Shown here: positions 23,467-33,600 of the stretch, in pieces | Layout: each line of letters opens with the position of its first letter | Position numbering within the stretch: the first letter of the stretch is position 1 | Source of the DNA: Flaccisagitta enflata | Lineage: Eukaryota | Assembly: GCA_965153355.1 (NCBI GenBank) | Contig: OZ231126.1 | Location: forward strand, 15,810,001 to 15,874,000 | Direction of reading: 5' to 3' | DNA length: 64,000 bases | Position numbers and translations under genes: made by a program | Notes under the pieces: generated by a model | The model's database searches: none | Seen by the model: only the letters and a program-made list of their open reading frames with translations | What the model was told of the DNA's origin: nothing

Positions 23467-26454
23467 CGCACACACGCACACCTACGCACACCCACGAGAG
23501 AGAGAGAGAGAGAGAGAGAGCCTTCTTGTTTAGTGTTTAAGGTGTAACGTCATGGACTCATGGTTTTTTTTTTCTTTTAATTTTTTTTTTTTTTTTTGAA
23601 AATTTTTTTTTGAAAAAATTTTTTTTTGAAATTTTTTTTTTTAAATTTTTTTTTTTTTTTTAAATTTTTTTTTTTTTTTTTTTGAAATTTTTTTTTTTTT
23701 TTTTTTTTGAAATTTTTTTTTTTGTCGTGTATCTTCTCAAGTCGCGTTTTCGCGACGAGAAAGCTTCAAAAATTACAGTCCCCAGTCGGGGAACTGTAAT
23801 TTTGAAGCTTTTTTCTTTTCGTGTTACACTTTTCAGGAAAGATTTAGACAGATATATTGAATAAAATAATGAAATAACACAACACCATGAACCATTTTCA
23901 CCGACTTTCAAACAGATATATGCAATGAGTATCTCTATTTTGAGTCAAATTCAGCATTTTGATAGCTTTTCAAAGAAAAAAATAATCTAAATGACAGTTT
24001 ATCTACGATACAAAGGGGGCGCTAATTGGAGGGTTAAAAAGCAAAGTCATATTTCAACTTCAAAAGCGCCCGGGGCGCTAATTACAGACAAAAGTGAAAT
24101 ACAAGAAGTTAACCCCCCAAAAACTGTAGCACCCCCCCTACAGCCTTAACCACAGATTGAAAAAAAAAACATCTAAGATGGGGAATAGAAGCTTATAACA
24201 ATACAATTAGCCTCATCAGAGTGATTTTGGAATTTCATTCCTAGTAAAAAGTTATAGCTAAAAAATTAGTAAAAAATGGCATTTTTAGCATAATTCAAAA
24301 AGTGCTAATTTTAGCTAGTTTTTAAGCTGTAACTCTTTACTGGGAATGAAATTCCAAAATCGCTCTGATGAGGCTAATTGTATTGATATAAGCTTCTATT
24401 CTCCATCTCACATGCAAATTTTCATTCAGCGGTTGCGGCTGTAGGGGGGCGTGCTACAGTTTTTGGGGGGTTAACTTCTTGTATTTCACTTTCGTCTGAA
24501 AAAATACGGTAATTCTCTGCCAATTTGAGTCTCACCTCCTCCGACTTGTCGCTGTATTGGCAGCTGTAGCGGCCTGCTAGGGACGTGTTGTCCGTATCAA
24601 TCTCCAAATAATATTTCGACTCCCATGATTTTTTGAGCCGAATGTCGGAACCATCACTCAAGAATGTCGGATACATGTTTTCACCTGGTAAAGTGATTTT
24701 GGAAAGGGCAGTTATGATTAATATGATCGCTCAGCGATTTGTGTGCGGGGCCTGCACAGAAACAATTATAAATGCCCGCAAATATACCCGCAGATAGGGA
24801 GTACGTGGCTTCATTATTGCGTAACACCCACGCTGGTGTGATTTGTGAGTTTCCTGTGTATTTGCAAGTTCCATTTCCTTTGGTTCCAATCTCTAGCTGT
24901 TCTCCTTTATAGATCGCATGGTCAGTCACAACGGCGTCCAATTTTGCTTTGATTAGTTGGATTTGAGATAAGGCGAGAAAAATTGCGAGCAGCATTGTTT
25001 CCCCGAATATTTTTATTTTTACAAGTTACGGTGAGCACAATTATTGTTTTTGATTTTGTTGCTTGACTTTGTTGTTTGTCTTGGTTGTGCAATTGTGTGC
25101 TTAAATTATGTTTCGCTATGTGTTTCTGTAGTTACGAGATTTGTGGTGAAGGAAGTTTGATCTTTAAGTGATGATTGATTTCGTTTCCAAAGTGTTGAGG
25201 TTTTGGACTTAATGAAGTATTAGAGATGATTTTGTGTTTAGTGCAGTTACAGCTTTTTATGTAGGCGCTGTGATGCTAATTAAACTACGTTGCGGTTTCA
25301 ATTTTTGAAAATGACTGGTGAAAAGTGGTATGTTTGAATTGGTCGAATGCGTCGGATCGTTTATTTGAAAAATTGGGGATTGCCATTGTATTGCGGTTAC
25401 TGAGGCAACGAAAAAATCCATCAAGTTGCCCGGGGTAGATGATATCGATGTAGGACATGATAATATCTGTATTTCCATTGTGACTGCTATCCCTGAGGGA
25501 AATTTAATTCAATCCATTAACATGCCATTATCCTTGTTAATAAAATTGTTTTATGTAGAACTGTTAAATAGTTGTTATTAAAAAGTCTTGCTGAAATGAT
25601 CGAACGTTACTCAAAATTTTTATAGTCCCCTGTCGTCTTTCAGAAAACGATTTCATGGAAATTGAGTTTGCTTACTGAAGCGTAAAAAAAGTTATTCAAA
25701 GGACGCGACTGGAAAAATAACGCGATGGAAAGAAGGGAAGAAGAGCTTCTCTATTGTCTATTGATTGATTTCGGAACGTCATCGCGACGAGACCCGAGAG
25801 AGAGAGCAAGAGGAACAAGGCCGGATACACGGCAATCCAGTCGCGGACGGTTGGGCAGGAGCAGTAATGCGAAAATCGCTCGGAATTCAAAAATGTGACC
25901 GACCGACCGACGGACCGACCGACAGACCAAGGTGTAGAGTCGCGTGTCCGCGACTAAAAAGGGAAAGGTCTTAGATAAAAAGAGACTTAATACTTAAGCG
26001 GCTTGCCATCTTTTTCACCTGGCAATTAGTCATCATCGATCGATTCTGTCGTTGCAATCCCCTCCAGAGATGGGGAATTAAATTTGAGTTGATCGTTGTT
26101 ACTCTGAATGCTTGTGCGTGATTTCCTTTTGTTAAGGAGTTTTGATTGGGTGATTGATTGATTGGGTAATTTATTGATTGGGTGATTGTTTTCTTCGCCA
26201 TATTAGCTAGAAATGATTGTAGTCGACAGGCAACTTTCTACTCCTTCCTTTACAGATTTTATGTCTAATTGGACGAGCGGCAAACATCTTTCCATTATCA
26301 CTCATCATGAATTATTTCAGAGAACACAAGATTACTAAGCGCATGCAATTCATCATGTGGTTCTCAGGTCTGAGCAGTTTTGCAGAAGAATTTTTTAAGT
26401 GACCATTGTCTTTTTAAAGATTTTCTTTCAACTCTCTGTCTATCCCTGTCTATC

Positions 26455-26511
<57 letters not shown>

Positions 26512-29500
26512 TTGTTTTTCGTCTCATATTTATGCCCAACCGTCTTACCTTGATTGAACTGCATCATTCCCAATTTCGCTTTCAACATTACTTTTTCGCA
26601 GGTTTACGTGGTGCCATCGCATACGCCTTGTGCCTTCACACAGAACTTGAATCCGAGGAAAAGCGTCACGTGTTGGTCACAACAACTCTAATCATCGTTT
26701 TGTTCACCATACTTTTCTTTGGCGGATCCACCATGCCTCTTTTAAAGGTTTAGCTCCATTTTTAAGTGCGTCCTTGCACTTATACATGAAGTCATGTCCG
26801 TCTATCTGTCTGTCTGTTGGTCGGTCTGTCGGGTAACGTTAGAAATGTGCAAAACGGCTGATTCTGACGTGTTTCTTCATTCCTATCACCTCTCATGCAT
26901 TACCACATTCATTTTCATTCATTCATTCATTCATTCATTCATTCATTCATTACAAACGTTGATTCAAAAATTCCTAATCAAGCGAGGCGCACTTATTGGC
27001 CAGAACTTGGCCTTGTTCTTTATACTTCGCGTACAAGAATCGTCAAGGAAGCCTTTATAATTAAGGCTGGATAAATGGTTGCCCGAGTCGTGATTGGCAA
27101 GGGGGAAACAGGGCAAGGTAGAGACAGGGCTCTGAGAGGCCGCTAAAATTTTAGGGCGGGAGCTGTAAATCCTCTTACACGCGATTGATATTTTCTCCAG
27201 TTTCTCAATCGTCCGAAAGCTTTGGATTCCGCAGAATTGCGATTGAAAAAGAAGAAAACTAGAAGAAAGGAAGTAACTATGAGCAAGACAAAGGAGTTTG
27301 GAGAAACTTTGGGTAAGTTCATAAATTCCATCGGTCTAGTCTAATGTGCCCTTGACGTTGATTGTTGATGCTACTGATGCATGATGCCATGACAGTAATC
27401 ACGGCGCTAGAAGGCGGCTCATGTTGCGTATTTGTCGAAAGGCCAGTTTAAATCAGTCTTTCGCCTCGACAGAATCAATAATACGCCTGGTTATTTACTC
27501 AGTAAATGATCGATTGATTGGTTGTTAACCACATTTTCATCTTTTCCTGCTTGTGGTAATTAGCTAATGATCGACAACGTGAAGGTGTGGCTGAATTTCA
27601 TATTTTATGCTCTACTGACCATTGTATCAATGATTTATTGATTTTACTCGCTGGGTGGTTTAGGCTTTCAACAGACCGGTTTATAAATACTACAGAGTGT
27701 TTCATGCCAACTTGAATGAAAGAAAACGACGCTTATCAATTTTTGGGAGTGATATTTCATCTCTGTTAATAACTCTGTATAGTTAATAAGCTCGAATTTT
27801 ATGCTGCTAAATTGTCTTATCCCTTACTGTAAAAAAAAAACTGTCCAGATGGTATTGCATATTATGTCAAGTTTTTGGCTTTGTCTCTCTTTCCTCTGTC
27901 ATGTCTGAGGTTCAGTTTTGCATACATGTACATGTATTTTCAGAATGAAACCAGTTTACAAAGATGGAAAATATTTCGTTGTGGTGTGACCTGATGAATT
28001 AAAGCGTCCTTATAGCAGCCAAGTTCATATTGCTTTGATTACAAAGACGTCCATAACGTTATTATTATCAAGTCGTTTAACCAGGGCGCACTCTTGAACA
28101 AAAAAGACGTTATCATTCTACCACCAACCATCCAGAAAAGCAATAGTGACTTCAACCTGATGTGAAGGTTGCAATTTTTTAACTCAGCTCTATGGAATTA
28201 TGCAGAACAAAATATATAATATAGCTAATATATGATATAGCTAATATTTTAATCGGAACTTTTTTCAGAATTATTAAATTTGGTCTAAAAGCCAAATAGC
28301 ATCCTTTTCTTTCATCTAATTTGGTGGAAAACACACTACTGATGGAGACGGGTCAAAATATCTACCTTTGTGATAATTGTCGCTTAAGCTTTATTTGGGT
28401 AGTAGTTGTCCTGCATACAACGCACTAGGGTCAGTCTGACGCTTCACACTTCCATTCAAAAATTGACCCCAGTTTTTTACGGCCCCTCTAACTACACAAA
28501 CTTGTGATAACCCTTTTCGCACATGGTGATTGTGATAGGAAATGAGGAACCGGACTGAGCTGCTAAAACGTTTTATTAAGATTAAGCTGGTGTAATAGTT
28601 CCTCGGCGCAAAAACCCCGCACCTCCACCTCAGTGACGTGTACTGTAGATCTCGTCTAGACCCGGAAAAACGGGGGAAAGCAATATGGAAAAAAAAACAA
28701 AGCTTATGGAGTGATATTCAGAGTATAGAATTAAGGTTGCTTTATTGTCCTTGATAGCTGCTTGCCATATAAACACATTTCTATGTATATACGCTAAAAT
28801 ATCAATACTTTGAGATTTTTTATAGGAACATTGCTCAAAATTACTACCATTTTCCCGCAGTATGTTTTGTAAAAATGTCACTTGTTTACACTTCCCAGCA
28901 ATGGCCAAACAAGCGATATTCTTACAGAACATGTGGGAAAGTTGTAGCAAATTTGATTTTTAGCGACGTTCCCTCAAAAAATCTCGAGAATACTGATATT
29001 TTAGCGAGAATACATGGAAATGTGTTTCTATGGCAACCAATGCTCATAGGGAGTAAATTGTTCTTTTAATAGTTTAAATTCCAAATATCAGTCCTCTAGC
29101 TTTATTTCTCTCCTCATTATATTTGCCCCCGTCATCTCAAGTCTAGATCTACTGTATATCATTTTTTCCCCCATCGGCCCCTGGCGCGGAATTCCGAAAG
29201 AAATTAGTAATACATTTCCCTCGGTGTTTCCGCCCATCAATAAATCAATCAATCAATCAATCAAAATTGGTCGTTTTCTCCAGATACCGAACATCTGTCG
29301 GAGTTTACAACCACGGACTGCGAAACTGACGGAGGCTTCCTAACCGAGTTTGAGGGTGAGGGAGGCGGAAGCAGCGGAGACAACAAAGTTCAACAGAGTC
29401 GCCTCAAGCCACATGTCAAAGGATTTCTCGCCATCGATGCGAAGTATTTATTCCCTTTCTTTACGCGTCAATTGACGGCGGAGGTAAAGCTTAAAAATAG

Positions 29501-29983
29501 CGACTGGCATGGCACATGCAATAAGGCCGCTTAAAATTGCTTTGCCGCCTGAGACGTTATGCAGTTGAACCCCGCAAAACTAAAGACACATCTGTTATTG
29601 CCAATATAGAAATTAAAAGAAAATCTGTTATTAGCGGATTTCTGTTACTCTTGGATCCGTTATAGCCGGGTTGTAACTGAATGCTTTTACGGGATTTAGC
29701 GAATGGTTTTTGCGTCATCTTCACTGCCCAAAACCGGAATAACTTCTGCATCATTACCGTATTCCTAGCCACCCGCTATTCGTAGGCCTCGGCCTCTGCG
29801 TTGCAATTTTGATGAATTTTTCTCTCGTCACACTTGCCACACTTGCAGGAGCTTCGCGATGGAAAATCTCAGATGCACAAGCTTACCAACAAGTGGTACA
29901 ACGAGGTTCAAACGACCGTATCTTCTCACGATGGTAACGATTCCGCGAAGGAGTGCCTTATTGACGATGAGGCTTTGTTGTGA
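7610..29983 (+). CDS. SLC9A8: Sodium/hydrogen exchanger 8 (NHE8, CPA1 family); first exon not resolved
   Basis: In-phase GT-AG exons 7610-8087, 8228-8427, 8930-9022, 9130-9330, 13733-13937, 14189-14324, 15075-15180, 16024-16223, 26256-26367, 26602-26747, 27201-27312, 29284-29483, 29849-29983. Motifs [52 protein letters not shown], and the NHE8-type tail [40 protein letters not shown]. Confidence 0.96.
8447..8848. mobile_element. MITE family A (TA target duplication, CAG.. termini, Tc1/mariner-like)
   Basis: TIR of about 60 bp (cagaggaaggagaaatataagatgtgaacccccc / gggggttcacaccttatattaaccttctctctg) with TA flanks. Relatives at 24085-24498 and 43209-43621. Confidence 0.85.
9681..11044 (-). CDS. 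COMTD1: SAM-dependent O-methyltransferase, COMTD1/caffeoyl-CoA-OMT (Methyltransf_3) family; nested in an NHE8 intron
   Basis: Exons 11044-10902, 10520-10333, 10235-10066, 9869-9681 join in phase. Motifs [45 protein letters not shown]. No N-terminal TM segment; orthology to COMTD1 is inferred. Confidence 0.9.
11147..13324 (-). CDS. CRT-like (chloroquine resistance transporter homolog, DMT superfamily) multi-pass membrane protein; nested in an NHE8 intron
   Basis: Exons 13324-13057, 13002-12966, 12932-12668, 12575-12359, 11781-11494, 11358-11147 join in phase. About 10 hydrophobic segments. Motifs [30 protein letters not shown] and [24 protein letters not shown] resemble CRT-like proteins as I recall them. 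Confidence 0.75.
11804..12226. mobile_element. MITE family E (TA|CACT...AGTG|TA)
   Basis: TIR cactttattttgagtaaggac / gtccttattaaaaataaagagtg. Close copy at 37073-37503; relatives at 15184-15910 and 46851-47282. Confidence 0.85.
14556..14888. mobile_element. MITE family B (TA|CCGTATTTT...AAAATAYGG|TA)
   Basis: TIR with ttagcgccc/gggcgctaa motifs. A second, interrupted copy spans 19782-24509. Confidence 0.8.
15184..15910. mobile_element. MITE family E inserted in an NHE8 5' splice site
   Basis: TA|cactctttttttttttataagcac...gtgcttataaaaaaaaaagagtg|TA. Confidence 0.85.
16754..24995 (-). CDS. Immunoglobulin-superfamily type-I membrane protein (about 5 Ig-like domains, cell-adhesion-like); nested in an NHE8 intron
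   Basis: Signal peptide [17 protein letters not shown]. In-phase exons 24995-24788, 24684-24536, 19457-19340, 19224-19091, 19004-18911, 18826-18668, 18579-~18326, 18240-~18065, 17867-17639, 17548-17398, 17163-~16981, ~16893-16754. Ig motifs [50 protein letters not shown] segment [18 protein letters not shown]. The last exon is less certain (alternative stop at 16937). Confidence 0.85.
19791..21014 (+). mobile_element. Helentron-associated interspersed element (HINE/DINE-1-like), family C copy 1
   Basis: T-rich flanks, 5' gtccccgac with nearby partial IR gtcggtgac, (GTCT)-type microsatellite, internal tandem repeats including a 22-mer (ggactttaaggtatgccgtcat)n at ~20585-20765, and a 3' stem-loop ttcaaaattacagtcccagtcggggactgtaatttgaa. 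Confidence 0.7.
21041..23812 (+). mobile_element. Family C copy 2, containing a 1.3-kb palindrome
   Basis: Near-identical 5' 550 bp and the same 3' stem-loop as 19791-21014. Confidence 0.7.
21694..23031. repeat. Long imperfect palindrome (foldback), centre ~22415
   Basis: ggtttttgcatcaaat..cccagcctgcagc.. pairs with ..gctgcaggctggg..atttgatgcaaaacc. The inner ends are tttagattttatagaacttcaaagat / atctttgaagttctataaaatctaaa. Confidence 0.85.
24085..24498. mobile_element. MITE family A nested in MITE family B
   Basis: TIR cagacaaaagtgaaatacaagaagttaacccccc / ggggggttaacttcttgtatttcactttcgtctg. Confidence 0.85.
28643..29154. mobile_element. MITE with TA flanks
   Basis: TA|ctgtagatctcgtct...agtctagatctactg|TA, plus internal inverted segments. 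Confidence 0.6.
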
Positions 29984-30615
29984 AATAATGGATTAACGAC
30001 AGTGATTCTCAAAAATCAATCAAAGCCTGGTCATGTATTTTGAAACTTCACATCCATAGCGCCTTAAACATTATTGAGTGCACTTAACCTAACTGTGCAA
30101 ACATCTTTAATTGCACTTTTTTGGGGCATGGTATCCATGTAATATGTACCTATATCGTATCACCGCTATCTGTGTTATCTGTGATTTATTTTTTTCTGGA
30201 AGATAAAAAAATCTTTGGAAAACCACTGCAGATTCTCGCATACAGTAAAACTATCAAAATCACAGGGAATTGGTTAGGTTGCTGTACTCACTAAGCTAAA
30301 TAGATACATGACGCCTAAGTATCATATCTTGGTTACTGGTTAGTTAAAAAGAAAAGGGAAGATTGATTTTCTTATTATGGAATATGAATCGTGAAATGAA
30401 ATGTTGAAACGAAACAAGGGTTATGTATCTGCAGTAGATGACGCGACGATAATGAGGGATGGGAGGGGAAAACAAATTCTGGAAACCAAAGTTGTAAACA
30501 GATTTAAAAACAATGGAACTACACTCAGTTGTTAAACAACGGCATTGACTATCTGTGATGGAAGCAAAAAAACAAAAAAAAACAGTTAAAACCATGAAGG
30601 AATGCCGCCTCCCTC

Positions 30616-33600
30616 TTACCACGTGTCGCTGACTTCTTCCACGGCAAGAAAGACGCAATCAGAACACGTGCAATTGGCCTTCTTATTATCTGACACGCTC
30701 TTCTTTCTCATGGCGACGAAAATGTCTTTAAAGCCGATACCGTATTTTTCGTGGATTGCACCTTGGATTCGTTGCAGCGCCGACGTGTCTAATTCTTCAA
30801 ACTTGGCATGCTTCCGCGTTTGGACGTCGAAATTTTCAGTCATTAATTGGCACAGAGTCACGTTCCAGTCCGGCATCGTCGTGGAAGGAGATGACGCCCC
30901 GGCATTGTTGAGCATCTGCTGACTGCGCGCGGCGCCTGATTTAACCGGAATGACTTGGGCAGTGTGGTGGCTATCTGATATGGTAACCAGGGTTTGGGGT
31001 GTGGACACCGCGTCATACGCGGAATACGACGACGTCGGCGGGGGTTTGGATGATTTGGGATTCGTCCTTTTCGTGGTCGTTGTTCTCGAGGATTTCCCGG
31101 AAGCAGAGGAACGTGAAGGTGTAGCGGCGACGTTAGATTGTTTGGGAATTACCGTGTTCGGATCGAACTGTCCTTCGAGGAGCTGCACGTCTCCGCCATC
31201 TGCATCGCCCTCCTCCAAGAAGTCCGGATTCATTTGGATTTCGAAATCCCAACCCGAATCTTTCGCCGACGAACCACCTTCTGTTAAAAGAAGTTATCAT
31301 GTTGCGGTCAAGCAATGGCATGGCATCGCTGGCATGAGTTAGCCAAGATCAAGAAGCGGGAATTAGGGGATGTGTAATCACTCTTATGAGTCACTAAGAC
31401 CCTTCTACCAACCTGCCCATCCTGCATCGTTGCCGACATCTGCTTCTTTCCGCCCTGACCTACGAGCCGCAGCCTTGGTGGGCTTTTTCTTTTTCTTGGT
31501 GGCTGCCCTCTTCCGCTTCCCACCAGAACTGGACGGCTCAAAGTCCGAATCGTCCGATTGTTCCGGCTCTTCTTCACTTTCCCCGGGATCGAAGTCAACA
31601 TCAGCTTCGTTTTCCACCGTGTCGTCAACCACGTAGCTTGGGACGGCGGGCTTGGGAAGGATCGCCGCCCTGCGCGGCGTCAACTGTTGGAACAAGTAAC
31701 GCGAGGCTACAATATCGTGAGCAGCTAGCAGGGGCTAACAACCCTCTACCACACCGTCATCCAAACAAACGGCGCCGAAATACGCGTTTATACATAATGG
31801 ATGGACCAAAAAAAAGGACGGAGGACAAAGCATCTTCTAGAATCGCCATTGCGGTCTAATATATAGTCTTCAATTGTATCAGTCAGTCTTCCGTTGTTCA
31901 TCTTGCGCATACCTTTCCATTTATTCTTGGGGAGATGGCTAGTGGCTCGGCCGCGAGTGACGGTGGTGGTGTAGGTGCTGGTGCCTTCTCCGGTGCCCGG
32001 ACGACTCGCGGCGTCGCCCTGTTGGCTATTTTGAGCTCATTTTCCAACGTTCGGATCCGGGTCAAAAAATATTCTTGTGATTCCCTAGATGGAGGGTTAA
32101 AGTTCAAGTTCATTCTGTAAATGGAAAGGTAAATGCATAGTGACATTAGACCATAAACGATCTCATCGTCAGGATAATTCAATGATAATCAAAGATAACA
32201 GTAACGAATGACAATACAAATTCATGACATAATAAGTTCACAGTCGATAGCATGAACGCTCATGAGAGAAGGCAATAACAGATCGCGGAAATCACTAGCA
32301 TTAAAAGAATGTGGGGCCACTCGCTATATATTTGCGCGTCTTCATTTTTTCACGCTCGCATTTGTTTTCATGTTTTTTGTTTTGTTTTTTTCTCCTGTCT
32401 TGTTTTTTCATTCTTATCTTCAATCATTTTTTGTATCTTTTATCTAGTTTCGCTTTGTTTTTTCTTTTTTTTCTTGTTTTTTGTTTTGTCTCTTTTGAGC
32501 GAGTATGTACTGGCCATCAACACAAATAAAACGGAAGCTACTATTTGCAATTCTTCAGATGTACTGATACAAAACGGAAAAGAAAAGACATCACCACCTC
32601 CACTACCTACACCTCTTGCCCACGCTGAACCTCATCCCCAGCGCCTCCTGCACATATCCGGCAACCACCCACCCTGCACTCAAACCCCCCATAACCCGCC
32701 AGGAACCCCGCCCTCGACGACCTTTTGAACGCCGCAACCGAACCCATCTGCCTCTGAACCTCAGCCACCGTCGCCCATTCCTTGGGGATCCTGTAGCCCA
32801 CAGATCTGTGGTCCCTTGTGGAGAGGAACAACCCAGATCTGGCAGACCTCGTGGCATGTCCGTGGACATCCCCGACCCTCCCCAGCATGGCCGCCTGGTT
32901 GGGAGGAAGCCTACCATTCCAGAAGCGCCACGCATGGACCCTAAGCTGCTGCCTATAGAGGTCCCCCACCTTCAGCATCCCCGCTGCAGCAAACAGCGGA
33001 TCCGCATGGAACCCACCCCTCCTCTCAGCAGCCAACCCCACAAACCTCTTCTGGTACCTGAGCAGGGAACCTGCCAATGTCAAGTTCCTGCCCTCCTTGA
33101 AGTCCCCCCACACCATCAGGCAATACTGCAGATGGGGGAGGACAAGCCCATTGTAGAGGGCAAGGAGGGAACGCCCCCCCAAGACCCCACTGGCCCTTCC
33201 CAGGACCCCCAACAGCCGCCCAACCTTCCCCCTCACCCTTTCTATCTGCCCAGTCCACCTCAACCCCCCATCCACCCAGACCCCCAGGAAGCGGGCCCCC
33301 TCAACCCTTCTCACCTGCTCCCCCCCTATCTCCAGCCCCCCCGGTGGTGGGTCACGCCCCGGTCGGCCAAAATAGACATACTCTGTCTTCTTAAGGTTCA
33401 GAGTAAGCCTATTGCACCTAAACCACCTACTGAGCTCAGCCAGACCCCCGTTAACCCTCCCAAAGAGCTCAGCAGCATCCCGGCCCTGGGCAAAAATATT
33501 GGTGTCATCCGCAAATAGGACTGGCTCAAGGCCCCCACATGCCCTCACCATGTCGTTGACATAGACAAGGAAGAATAGGGGGCCAAGGACCGAGCCCTGG

